The notes under the pieces are model-generated. The model did not search any database. It was given only the letters and a program-made list of their open reading frames with translations, and had not been told where the DNA came from. A program made the position numbers and the translations under genes. Positions 42,595 through 56,532 of a DNA stretch of 64,000 nt are shown here, in pieces (the stretch's first letter is position 1; every line of letters starts with the position of its first letter). The DNA lies in contig NC_043013.1 in assembly GCF_006345805.1 (NCBI RefSeq), positions 35,836,001 through 35,900,000 on the forward strand, read 5' to 3'. Origin of the DNA: Octopus sinensis (taxonomy: Eukaryota).

Positions 42595-43891
42595 AAATTA
42601 CAGCAACATTAGTCCTAAACCAGTATTTCCGTGTTATGTTGGCAAACAGAAATTACTACAAAGTACTGTTGCTGAATATCTCACGTTGTGAGATTTAAAA
42701 ATAGTAATTTTCTAAGCTTCTTTCAGTTTCCGTCAACCAAATCCAGTCACAAGGTTTTGGTCGGCCCGAGGCTATAGTAGAAGACACTTGCCCAAGGAGC
42801 CATGCAGTGGGACTGAACCCAGAACGATGTGGTTGGTAAGCAAGCTACTTACCACACAGCCATGACCTGAGATAGATTTAGCTGCTATTTCTAACAGATC
42901 AGGCAACCACAAATAACAGCCCAGACAGTAGCTTGTGATAATTAAAGATAAGCAATGAGATGTTGGTACTCACTCTTATTAACATGATTAGTACAATATA
43001 ATATAGGCTACTGTTTTGGGGGTTGTCTAGCTGGATGGCTAGATGGGTGGATGGCTTGGTGGCTGCGGGCTGGGGGGCTGGTTTGGCTTGGAAGCATGTA
43101 GGGGTGCTTCTACACTAGAATAGGGAATCAGCAAGCATGATTCTGGGACACTTCTGTCTTTGTGTAGAAGGGTGATACAGAAGAACGTTGTGGCTGGGAA
43201 ACTAACAGCAAAGTCCAATGATGATGATGATGATGATGATGACAGAGGGTAGCAGAGGAGGAAAAAGAAGAAGAAGAACAAGAAGAACAAGAACAAGAAC
43301 AATAACAAGAAAAGAAAAAGAAGAAGGCGGATGAGATATAGAAGAAGGAGGAGGAGCAGGAGAAGAACAAAAAGAACAAGAACAACAAAAAAGGAAAAAT
43401 TGAAGAAGGAAGAGGAGGAGGAGGAGAACAAAAAGAACAAGAACAACAGAAAAGGAAAAATTGAAGAGGAAGAGGAGGAGGATGATGATGATGATGATGA
43501 TGATGAGGAGGAGGAGGAGAGGAGGAGGAGGAAGTGGCTGAGGACGAACAAGAATAGGAAGACAAGGAGAAAGTGGAATCAGGTAGATGCGAAAAACAGA
43601 ACAAAAAGAGAGTTGGATGTGGTTGAGGGATGGGGAAGAGTGGAAACTAAAATGGTAAATAGTACATGGTTGAATTGCTAGATTGGTTTGCTAACCATTC
43701 CAGTTGTGACGGTTCCATTGGTGCTAAAAAAATTTATTTTTCTCATTTTCCATTTCTATTTTTTTCCTTATTTTTCCTTTTAACCATTATCATTATTATT
43801 ATTGTCATTATCATTATTATTATTGTCATTATCATTATTATCATTATTATTATCATTATTATTATTATAATTATTATTATTATTATTATTA

Positions 43892-43923
<32 letters not shown>

Positions 43924-44220
43924 GTTTGCTAGTCATCTTGTCTTGTCTTGGCAAATAATTTCTTCTACATCTTCTCATCTCGGTCATCTTGAGGCATTCC
44001 TCTTTTGTCTGTTAATGAGAATTCTGGCAAATAGCTCTTCTGGGACCGGCGCCAGTAAAATGTCCAATCAAATGATTCAAAATACCGACAAGTAGACTTG
44101 CCAAAGCCAAACAACAAACTTGTCATCGTTTTGCCATGAAGAACATTTACTCACACATACACGCACAAACACACACGTACACACACATATATGCATACAC
44201 ATACACACACATTTGTGTGA

Positions 44221-44256
<36 letters not shown>

Positions 44257-44699
44257 CTACATATATTTGAATATATATGTATATATACATATGTGCATAT
44301 ATCTATATCTATGTATATATATATACATACATACATACATATATAAACACACACAAACACATAATTTGGATTAATTTCTTACCTGTTTTGCAAAGAGAAG
44401 ATCGTTTTAAGAGATTGTCTGTCTAAATTTCTTTTTCTATTTGTTTGTCACCATCAGCATCATTAATACCACCACCACAACCACTGCTGCCGCCACCACC
44501 ACTGCCACTACTATCATCATCGTCAGCATCATCATCATTATCAATAGCAACAGCACCTCCACCCCCATCTCCAGCTACATCAAGGTCATGGACATTATCA
44601 TCATCACCATCTTCATCTTGAAAAAATCACCAAAACTCTATTATCGCCGTTATCACAACGACAACAATAACAACAGCAATGACAATGATGATGATGGTG

Positions 44700-44731
<32 letters not shown>

Positions 44732-45337
44732 GATGATGGCGATAACCCCAAATTCTTTTAATCATCACCATCAGTAGCAGTTGTATTATCATCGTCATCA
44801 TCATCATCATTGTCCAATCAACCACGTCGCTCCCCACCACCACAACCACAACCACTACAACCATCACCACTGCTGCCACCATAACCACCATCACCACCAC
44901 CACCACCACCACCATCATCACCAGAAGCAGCAGCATCAGCATCATCATTACCAAAATAAGTCCTTTGAAGAACCAATTTAAACTAGGAACTCGTGCTTAA
45001 AATTGCGAGCAGTACAGTTTCAATAATGCTGCTAATATATCTGTTGGGAGAATATAATGAACATCACAACTTCCCATTTGTATCCATCTTACAATGAATA
45101 ACTATCTCTATCATTATCTATGACATGGCACAGTCTTCAGGTGGTAGGATTAACTCATGTTCCATGTTAACATCAACATCTATGAAGTAATGCCAGAGCC
45201 CTACATGGTAGCTTGGTCTGGTTGAAAGAGCAGCTAAATCTCCCTTGAAACACACCATACTGTATTAAACAAGAAGCGACATCAGAAAATTACTATTTGT
45301 AAGTCTCACAACAAGAGATATTCAGCAACAGTACTTT

Positions 45338-45583
45338 GGAGTAAAGATTATTTGCCAACATAACATGGCAGTCCTGGTTTAGGACGAATGTTGGTGTAAT
45401 TTAGCCCCAGGAGACATCGTCTCCAGCTGGCTATACAACACGATCTGTGTCCTTGTTTGAAAATATAAGGACACAGATCGTGTCGTATAGCCAGCTGGAG
45501 GCGAGGTCTCCTGGGGCTAAATTACAGCAACATTCGTCCTAAACCAGGACTGCCATGTTATGTTGGCAAATAATCTTTTCTCC
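45338..45583. repeat. Inverted repeat (~117-bp arms, 12-nt loop) of an interspersed repeat also seen at 42595-42710
   Basis: 45338-45454 vs 45467-45583. Confidence 0.88.
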
Positions 45584-46069
45584 AAGAAAAGACATGCTAG
45601 ACAACGCAGTCTTAAATGTATTAAGGGAGGGTCATAGATGAAATGCCTTTCATCATTGTGTTCTTGAACAAGACACTTCATTCACATTGTTCCACTCAGC
45701 TGGTAGAAATGAGTAATGCTGTAATGGATTGGTGTCCCATCCAGGGGAAAATATATACACAGAGAATCTCCAAACCACCCTTATCACTCAGGAAGGGGTA
45801 TTAACCTTTTTTTCTTATTCTTTCTTTATCCATGATCAGGAATGAGACAAGGGTTTCAATTCCTGCACCAGGCAGTGGATTCCTGGCCTAATATGTTGGG
45901 GATGCTTAGAACTGATGAAGGCTAAATAACAGCCAAAACAACTCAACCATCACTACTACCACTATCACCACCACAACAACTACCACTACCTGTAACACTA
46001 ACACCACCACCACCACCGTTACCACCACGACCAGCAACACTTAAGGTACAGACTTTCGTGTGTGTGTGT

Positions 46070-46340
46070 GTGTGTGTGCCATTGCCATGTAAAAGACACC
46101 CGTGCCAGTACCATGTAAAAAACATCCCTGCATGTGCCACATAAGAAGCACTTGTGCTGGTGCCACATTAAAGTACCCAACACACTCTGTTAAGTGGTCG
46201 GCATTAGGAAGGACATCCAGCTGTAGAAACCATGCCAAATTGGACTGGAACCTGGTGCCACTCTCTGGCCTCACCAGCTCCGCTTAAACTGTCCAACCCA
46301 TGCCAGCATGAAAAACAGACTTTAAATGACAATGACGGTG
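46070..46340 (+). mobile_element. RTE-type 3' UTR repeat
   Basis: Same body as 23520-23860; further copies at ~51540-52015, 57830-57980 (-), 62130-62265, 62690-62960. Confidence 0.65.
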
Positions 46341-47117
46341 GTGGTGGTGGTGGTGATGGTGGTGGTGGTGGTGGTGTTGGTGATGATGATGGTGAGGATG
46401 AGGATGATGAAGATGGTGGTGATGATGAGGATGAGGATGATGATGATAATGTTGATTATTCGAGCAGTCTTCTAGTTAGCACACAAAGTATATCTACTTA
46501 ATATACATTGCAAGTGTAACACCACTGTTTATATCAGATTCCAAATAACCCCAGTACAAGCAGCAGCCTATTTAAAACAATAGCCCCCTTTTAATCTAAC
46601 CTCACATACAAACTAGAAATGTAACTGCAGATATAACACTAAATCATGTTCCATTTACAAACAAATACTTACAGCGAAGAGCCAGAATTTAGTGTTGTCT
46701 TTATGTTCTGAGTTCAAATTCCACCTAGGTTGACTTTGCTTTCATCCTTTTTGGGACTGATAAAATTAGTACCAATCGGGCATGGGTCAATGTTATTGAC
46801 TTCCCCTCCCTTCAAAAACTGTTGGCCCTCAACCAAAATTTGAAACTATTTACAAATGAGTACATTAATACTTATGCTATTCTTACCTATATTTCAACTG
46901 AAGATTACCTAGTGTTGTTCGGGAAACTTTACATTGAGTGTCTTCATTCACTGCAGACAATAGCGCAGAAAATATGGTCCTTTCTTATTATTGGCACTCA
47001 ATGTTTTATTTACTAAAGGAGTAGTAAATAAACTATTATAATTGTGTGATAAGTATAATAGTTGATCAGCAGCTTTTCAAAATTGTTATCACATCCTCAA
47101 GAAGGAAGAAAGTACCA

Positions 47118-47325
47118 GTAAAAAAAAATTAATGGTAAAATTATGGTTTAAAAAATTAATGGTAAAAAATTAATGGTAAAATTGTAGTGTAAATTAATGG
47201 TTTAAAAAATTAATGGTAAAATAATGGTAAAAATTAATGTTAAAAAATTAATGGTAAAATTATGGTAGAAAAATTATGGTAAAAATTTTGGTAAAAAATT
47301 AATGGTAAAAAATTAATGATAAAAG
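47118..47325. repeat. AT-rich minisatellite (aaaaaattaatggt)n
   Basis: About a dozen imperfect 13-17 bp units. Confidence 0.85.
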
Positions 47326-48542
47326 GCATGGAATTAGAAAGCAAAATGTAAAAAAATTAAATACTTTGAGAAAAATATTCTTCGACCAAAGGAAATAATC
47401 ACCGAGGTCTGATGATTGTTAAATTTTTCTTTCACAAGGTACTTTGACATGAAACCATTCAGTAGCACGAATTGGCTGTTATAAGATGAAATTTATAATA
47501 CTGTCTAAATTATACACACATACACACACACACACACACACTCACACACATGCACACACACAATCACACACATGCACACATATTATTTAAAACAGATTTA
47601 TTTGGTTCCTTGCAAGTTCGCAGTGCTCTGTTAGAAACGTGAAACCTGTTGGAACCAGATTAAACTTTTAAATAATATTATATGTAGCTCATACTAAATG
47701 TGTTCAATGCTTTTTCATTCATTTGTCCACTCACTAGTACACATGCACACACACATATATTTATTTATTTATTTATTTATTTATCTATATATATGGCAAT
47801 AAATAACAAAAAGATGAATCATAGCTGCCACAAAGTAACAGAAGAAGCTGAGAGACAGAGACTGTAAAAGAGCAAGAAAAGAGAAAAGAAAGGTGAACAT
47901 ACGTGTAAAAGACCCAAAGGTGCTGAACATGTGCACTGAGGTGTGGTGGGAGGAGAGACAGATAAATGTGAGCATTAGTGTTTATGAATAGAAAGAGAAA
48001 GGGAGGGAGTGAGAGAGAAAGATAGAAAGAGAGAAAGAGAGAGAGATTAAGTAAGACAGCGGGACAGTGAGGAACAGAAGTGGAAAGGTGTGGGGTTGAT
48101 GTGGTGGTGGGTACGAGAGCGATGTTAAGATGGAAAATTATTAGACATTTCTTCAGTAACATGTGTGATGATGTTATGAGTCTGTGTGTGTGTGCGTGTG
48201 TGTGCGTGTGTGTGTGTGTATGTGTGTGTGTGTATGTGTGTGTGTGTGTGTGTGCGTGTGTGTGTGTGAAGCAGTTTTGTGATTTAAGAATAATCGGTGG
48301 TAAGTGTAATGAAAATAAGAAAATGTTGTGTTGGCAGCGACAGCCATGTTGAAGAAGTGTCACGGGGAAAAAAAAGAATAAAGAATAAAGAATAAAGAAT
48401 AAAGAAAGAAAGGAAAAAATAAGAGAACATAAATGTAGAAGAGTGATGTTAATATAAGATGATGTAATGAGTAATTGTTAAACATCGTTATGAATAGTAC
48501 TTACAACCATACACTTATACACACACATGCACACACACACAC

Positions 48543-48583
<41 letters not shown>

Positions 48584-48584
48584 G

Positions 48585-48980
48585 GTGTAGGAGTGGCTGT
48601 GTGGTAAGTAGCTGGCTTACGAACCACATGGTTCCGGGTTCAGTCCCGCTGCATGGCACCTTTTGCAAGTATCTTCTACTATAGCCTCGTGCCAACCAAA
48701 GCCTCGTGAGTGGATTTGGTAGACAGAAACTGAAAGAAGCCCGTCATGTATATGTATATATATGTGTGTGTGTGTGTGTGTATATGTTTGTGTGTTTGTG
48801 TTTGTCCCCCCAACATCACTTGACAACCGATGCTGGTGTGCTTACATCCCCGTAACTTAGCGGTTCAGCAAAAGTACTAGGCTCACAAAGAATAAGTCCT
48901 GGGGTCGATTTGCTCGACCAAAGGCGGTGCTCCAGCATGGCCACAGTCACATGACTGAAACAAATAAAAGAGTAAAAGGG
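48585..48980 (+). mobile_element. Full-length SINE S2
   Basis: Same structure as 14381-14812; another copy at 59695-60075. Confidence 0.88.
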
Positions 48981-49419
48981 TATATATACATACATGAAAA
49001 TATATAGAGAAGGTGTGTAGCTTAGTGGTTAGGGCATTCGGCTCACAATCATAAGATCATAAGTTCAATTCCCAGTAGTGCATTGTCTCCTTGAGCAAGA
49101 CACTTTATTTCATGTTGCTTCAGTCCACTTAGCTGGCAAAAATGAGTAGTACCAGTCTTGTCACATTCTGTAATCGGGAGAGAATTGTGCCCCGCTTCGG
49201 GGCCTTCCACCCAATGGCATTATTTAACACTGGATCCCCTCATTGAGATGAGGCTCTGCTACTGATCAGCTGTTTGCTAAACTTCACTCAGTATTCTTGT
49301 AACAAAGCAGTCAGCTGGCAGAAACATTAGTATGCCGGGTGAAATGCTTAATGGTATTTCGTCTGTCTTTACATTCTGAGTTCAATAAATTAAATACCAG
49401 TTGAAGTCACTTTGTCACT

Positions 49420-49705
49420 AATGTCGACATCCTAGAACAGGCAAAAGCCATCGGCATTGAAGCAACTCTCCCTAAGGGACAGCTATGCATCATCAAGACG
49501 GAGGATTATTGACTGTGGCCAAATCTTCTCTAGTCATCTGGATAGAGGAGCACCAAAGAAAAGGTCCAAGAACTCCTTAACAAATTCCTTGGTTCCTGTC
49601 ACATTGATCACCAACATTTGTCTGTTCTTGCTGCTGACAGCGTGAGTGGCAGCCTCCTTTGAAGACACATGCAAAACCATTCTTGCAAACAAGAGAGAAG
49701 AGAAA
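49420..49705 (+). mobile_element. RTE (BovB-like) LINE 3' relic
   Basis: NVDILEQAKAIGIEATLPKGQL...KVQELLNKFLGSCHIDHQHLSVLAAD with stops. Confidence 0.5.
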
Positions 49706-49732
49706 AAAGATATATATGGATATATATATATA

Positions 49733-51251
49733 CACTGAACTATAAATGAAATGTAATTTTTTTAAATATCATTTTCATATGGTAAATTCTGAAAATTCAT
49801 TTCAGGGACGTAAGTGTAAATATTCTAAGACATGCTGGTTTGTGGCTGAGACCCAAATTGCAGGTAACTTTTCAAATTTCCCTGAAATGAGACATCAAAA
49901 TGCAGCTGCGTTGGATGCCGTGCATAGCAGTCGCAAACAATCGTCATAAAAACCAAAATGCACGTGGATCTCATGGAGGTTATGGGTATAACAATCAATC
50001 AACTTGAACCGTGTTCCTGGTATTCATAATTTGGACACATCAAGTATGACCTGATTGTCAGTAGCGCAGAGAGAACAAGCTACTGATTGCAAGCAGGGTA
50101 GCAAGCCCTGGTTGTTGTGAAAGCTTACAATGTCCATGTCAGCAACATCTATTGCCTGCAACACTGATACAACAATACCAACAGCACAACAGATCATGCT
50201 CACAGAGGGCACCCCCGGGTGACCACACCTAGGCAGGACCACTTCATCCACCTGCAACACCTCCATGATTGCTTCAGACTGGACAGCTTGGAAGACCATT
50301 GGCACTGGACAGTGACCCATCAGTGATGACATGATATGACATCGATTGGCTGCCAACATGCAGTGTTGCCATCCTCCTGCTCAAGGGCCTGTCCTCACCA
50401 CCTGTCACCATCAGGCATGACTACAGTGGGCTACACAGTACCAACATTGGCGGCATCAACAATGGAGGTCGATAGTCTTCTCTGACGAGAGCTGATACTG
50501 CATTTCCACTTTGGATGGCAGAGTGAGGGTGTGGGGTAGGAGGGGTGAATGTTACAGAGAATGTGTCATGGAGAGAGATGTTTGGTGTGGATAAATCATC
50601 GTGGTTTGAGGTGCTATAGACCAGAATCAGAGAATTGGGCCCCATGTGTTCCAAGATATTAGTGCAAGCAAAGGGAATGGCATCACAGCACAGTGCTACA
50701 TTAGCCATATCCTAAGACCTCACATTGTGTCCTTCTTTACACATCACCATAGCCACATATTCTTGCAAGAAAATGCTCCCTATCACACAGCCAGGGTTAC
50801 CATGGACTTCCTACATCAGCACAATATCAGAACCATGCCATGGCCGGCCTTCAGCCCGGATTTGAATCCAATTGAACACCTGTGGGATGAAATCCTGTGA
50901 CAGCTGAACCAAGTGGTCCCAAGGCCAACAACTCATGTGGAACTGGAGGCAGCTTTCGTCAGGGTGTGGGCACAAGTGCCAATGGCTTTTGTGAACTGCC
51001 TTATGCACTCCATGTACCAATGGTATATGGTCATTTTGAACACCCAGAGAGGACATACATGGTATTGAACATGTCACGCCCTATAATCTTGATCCACACA
51101 CTACCAGAACACATGACAATGATCCATAGACTGTGGTCAAAGTGCATCAAAGAAATTGATTTTATCAGGTTTATCAAAATTTATCTCTGACATAATGAAA
51201 TTAAAACATTTCACAGTCACTCACGTCTCACATTTCTCTTGTTGCTCAGTG
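49733..51251 (+). mobile_element. Degenerate Tc1-like (DD34E) transposon
   Basis: ta|cactgaac ... ctcagtg|ta termini; relic motifs VFSDES, FLQENAPYHTA, WPAFSPDLNPIEHLWD. Confidence 0.88.
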
Positions 51252-51338
51252 TATACATGTATTTATATATATATATATATCATCATCATCATCATCGTCG
51301 TTTAACGTCTGTTTTCTGTGCTAGCACAGGTTGGATGG

Positions 51339-51373
<35 letters not shown>

Positions 51374-51401
51374 TACATACATACATACATACATACATAC
51401 A

Positions 51402-51434
<33 letters not shown>

Positions 51435-52417
51435 CTATACATGTATGTCCCACCCATACAAGCATGGAAGACAGACGTTAAACAATGATGACAATAATGA
51501 TGATATACATATATATATATATCAGAATATGTGACTGCGAAGACCCGGCAAATAAAGTGAGTTCACAGCTGTATCATACACCAGTGTCGCATAACCAGCC
51601 CACTCAAAAGTACCTTGGATTGTAGGGCGACATGCTGTGCTTGAGGAGACCTATTCAGTCAAGTACATCAACATTAAAATGAAAATCAAATGGATATTGT
51701 AGTTGTGGTACTCGTGCAGGTGGCATGTAAAAGTACTATCCAAACCTGGCCGATGCCAGCGCCACCTATACTGGCTTCTGCACAGGTGGCATGTGAAAAG
51801 CATCAACCAATCATCGCCATTGCCAGCCTCCTCTGGCTCTTGGGCCGGTGCCACATAGAAAGCACCCTCTACACTCACAAATTGGTTGGCGTTAGGAAGG
51901 GCCTCTAGCTGTAGAAACACTGGTGCAGCCTCCTGGCTTCCCAGACTCCAGTCGAACTGTCCAACCCATGCTAGCATGGAAAACAGACATTAAACGATGA
52001 TGATGATATATATATATATATATGTATCTATGTATATACAGTTATATTTATACACACATACATACAAAAGCATTCTATTCCTTCCTTCCCATTCCTTATC
52101 ATTAATAGTGTTTTCCTTTTTACTTATTTATAGTTTATATTTATTTTTATTTTTTAAATTTTATTTCTTCCACAATAATTTGATATTTTTATTTTCGTCT
52201 CCTTTTCTCTGAATTTCTTTATTTCTAACTTCTAATTTCATTTTTATTAGTTTTATTGTCTTCTCTTTTGTGTGTGTTTTCCTGAAAGGTAACGCTAATT
52301 ACAGACATGGCTTCCCTTTCGTTAATGTTATACTTGAGATAACGATTAGTCGTAACTAATTCATTTGACTGGGTCAATGTTTCTGATATCTCTCTCATTC
52401 ACCCCTCTCTTTCTCAC

Positions 52418-52555
<138 letters not shown>

Positions 52556-53152
52556 TATGTATATATATATATATATATGCATGCATATATACATACATAC
52601 ATATATATATATATAATATATATAAATTTATGCATATATACAGTTTTATATATGTGTATATATTTCAGTTTACAGTTTTGGTGATAATGAAAATGGCATT
52701 GATGATGATGGTGGCAGTGCAGGTGGTGCCAATAATATCGAAGGCAATGTGGAATGGTATGATAGATGAGGATGATGTAAAGAAAGAGGCAGAGAAGGAT
52801 GTAGAAATAGTGAAGGCAGAGGAACAGGTTAGATGATGATGATGATGACGATGAGGATGGTGATGATGATGATGATGACGATGGTGATGATGATGAGGAG
52901 GATGAGAGGGAGGAGGAGGGATGATTATAGCAATGATGATGACAACGATGCTGATGATGATGATGAGGAGCAACAGGGGAGAAGGAAGAAGAGGAAGATA
53001 AGGAGGAGCACAATAACAACAACAGCGATGATGACGACTATGATGACTGATCATGATGAAGAAATGGGAGGAGGAGGACAGCAACAATGACAACATTTTA
53101 ATGATGATGATGATATAGATGATGATGATGGTGATGATGATGATGGTGATGG

Positions 53153-53203
<51 letters not shown>

Positions 53204-53405
53204 CAGAAATTGTGGTGCAGTGATGAAGACGGTGCTGATAATAATGAGGATAATAATGATGACCTTGATGGTAGTGATGGTGGTGGTAGAATTTGATGAT
53301 GACGACGACAATGATGATGACGTTGATGATGATGATGATGCAGATGATGGCGATAGTGATTGTGATGATGGTGTTGATTACAGTTCTTGTTCATCGAATG
53401 GAACT

Positions 53406-53448
<43 letters not shown>

Positions 53449-53887
53449 GTTTTCAGGATCGGGGTGTGGCAGGGCTTTTCTCTTTTTTGGCAAGAAGTAC
53501 CAATTTTCACCTAACAATGCCTTCAGGCCACTTCATTTTCAACTCCAACTACGAAACCTACCAAAATGTACCATGTGACATGACTTCGATTCTTTCTAAT
53601 TGTCTTCCATCAGGAAAATAATTTCCTGAGCCCTCTCTCATTAATGAACCAAAGTAAACTGGCATTTTTTAACCCTTATCCAAGATCTCCCTCAGATGAA
53701 ACGCTTACAACTCATCCTACATCATCCCTATCATCTATCTTCATATTTGTACATTCAGTAGTCGTTTTTTTGTATGTGTGTGTGTATATATATATATATA
53801 TAAATGATATATATATATATCATATATATATATATATAAAATATATATAATATATGTATATATGTATATATAAAATAATATATATAT

Positions 53888-53921
<34 letters not shown>

Positions 53922-54008
53922 GTATATATAAAATAATATATATATATCAATATATATATATAAATATATATATAATATATATATGTATATATAAAATAAT
54001 ATATATAT

Positions 54009-54049
<41 letters not shown>

Positions 54050-54053
<4 letters not shown>

Positions 54054-54190
54054 TCCGTTCTGTCTGTCTGTTTGTGAGCTCATAACTCGAGTATTGTTCA
54101 TCCTATCATGCTGAAATTTTGAACATGGATACATGAACCCCAAGAGGACATCTCTTCTAGATGTTTAATGATGCACAATTGCATCTGATA
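54050..54190 (+). mobile_element. 5' fragment of a Helitron/Helentron-like non-autonomous element
   Basis: tatataaa...ctgtctgtctgt...cataactcga...catcctatcatgctgaaattt resembles the 5' part of 3675-4063. Confidence 0.4.
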
Positions 54191-54329
54191 TATTGTGTAG
54201 GGGAATGAACCCTTACCACCTTCTAGTGACAGGACCAGCATATCAGTATGGTTTCAGGCGAATTTTGCCAGTCTTCAGTCCTGGACACATCATCTGCAAG
54301 AAATGGCAGTAGCTCACCGCTGTTCACGA

Positions 54330-55450
54330 TATATATAAATTCTAGTGACACAGTTGCTGATTTTGAACGTGCCACCAGCACAGGAGCCAGTCAGGGGGCA
54401 CAGGCCACTGCTACAATATTGGTTTTACTTGACATGTCTTCTAAAGCACATCACATTGCACAATGCATCAGGGCTGGACATATGTGGCTGCAATCTCACT
54501 TTAGTGGCTGGGTCTTCTCTTTCACAGCATATCTCCAAAGGTCTTGGTCTGCTATCATTTCCTTTGTGAAGCCCAACATTCGAAGGTTGTGCTTCACCAC
54601 CTCAACCCATGCTTTCCTTCCACAGTTAGGGAGTGGCACTTCCTCATGCAGTTGTCCTCATCCATATGTAACACATGACCATACCAGCACAGTTGTCTCT
54701 CTTGCACACCACATATGATATATATATATATATGCACACTGACATTACACATCCAGCAGATCATACTAGCTTTATTTCTTTCAAGCCTATGCATGTCCTC
54801 AGCAGGCATGGCCCATATATCTATTTCTTTACTACCCACAAGGGGTTAAACTCAGAGAGGACAAACAAGGACAGACAAACAAATTAAGTCAATTACATCG
54901 ACCCCAGTGTGTAACTGGTACTTAATTTATCGACCCTGAAAGGATGAAAGGCAAAGTCGACCTCGGCAGAATTTGAACTCAGAACGTAACAGCAGACAAA
55001 ATACGGCTACGCATTTCGCCCAGTGTGCTAACGTTTCTGCCAGCTCGCTGCCATATAACACTGCCTTGTAGCATGGCAGTTTGCACGCATGCATCATACA
55101 GTCTAATTTTCAAACTGAGCGAGAGGAACTTAGTTGCCAGCAGAGGTAGGATCTCCGTGAACATTGCCCAGGCTATTCTTATTCTAGCTGCTTCACTCTC
55201 AGAGCAAACACCCCCACTACTGCCTTGGTTGCCTAGGTATCGGAAGCTATTGACTACTTCTAGTTTCTTTCCCTGGCATGTGATGGAATCTGTTTTCTCT
55301 ACATCTTCAGTGTTTATTGCCCCTGTGCATCTGCCACACACAAAACCATTTTCCTGGTTAACCTTCCTTTCATATTGCTGCACCATTTATGTGTCCATAG
55401 CTTACCCAGGGTACATCGTATGGAGTTTCTACCACTACCTTTCCTACAGA
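54330..55450 (-). mobile_element. RTE-clade LINE 3' part interrupted by an S1 SINE (54820-55050, TSD ccatata)
   Basis: FVCGRC...LEVVNSFRYLG...ARIRIAW...RLYDACVQTAMLQGS|IWAMPAEDMHRLER...WYGHVLHMDED...WVEVVKHNLRML; reading frame resumes across the SINE. Confidence 0.85.
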
Positions 55451-55760
55451 TCAAGCAGGGCCATCTAGCTCAAGGGGACTGTGGTTTGACAGCCTTCCTA
55501 CTTACTAAGACTTTGGTTTTTGCTAGGTTGACCTTTGATTCTAGACCTTGATTCTAGGCCCTTTGATTCTAGACCTTACTTCCACACCTTAAACTTCGGC
55601 TCTAGTTCTGGCAGTGACTTGGCTATTAGGGCAAGGTCATCAGCATAGAGGAGCTCCCAGGGGCAGTCCATCTTGAATTCCTCTGTTATTGCCTGGTGGA
55701 CTATAACGAATAAGAGGGGTTTGAGGACTGATCGTTAGTGGTGTATATATATTTATGAAC

Positions 55761-55801
<41 letters not shown>

Positions 55802-56049
55802 CATACATACAGATATATATATAAATTCTTTTCCTTTTATACATATATATATATATGTGTATATATACATACAGATACATATATATACACACACACACAC
55901 ATACACATATATATATATATATGCATGTATGTATGCATACATGCATACATACATACATTTATGCATACATACATGCATACATACATACATACATACATAC
56001 ACTCATGCATACATGCATACATACATACATGCATACATACATACATACA

Positions 56050-56081
<32 letters not shown>

Positions 56082-56532
56082 CAGACATGCATATATAATC
56101 AAGAGACATTTCTTCATTCCATTACAAAGAACATGTTTATCTAAACAAATCCAAACGGTTGAAGAAATTTGAAACAATGGCACAACACAAAAATAACAAC
56201 AACAACAGAGTATATTATTATGTAATATAAAATGGCCATGTTAACTGAGCTAAGAAAATACATAAAATTTTCAGTTTATTATGCATGATTAAATTAACAG
56301 AAAATAATAGCAGTTTGTTGCTAAAATATTCAATTAAATAATGTTGGGAAGAAATAGAGTTCATCATATTCTGCAGAATGTCGTAGAGGAAACATATTTA
56401 CACAAACATTCATGAGAAAATAAATATGAAATAAATGAAGAAAAATTCCAAGCAATATTTCAAGCAACAATTGATATAAGATAATTTGTTTGTATTGTCA
56501 TCATGTATGTGTGTTAATATGTATCGGTGAAA

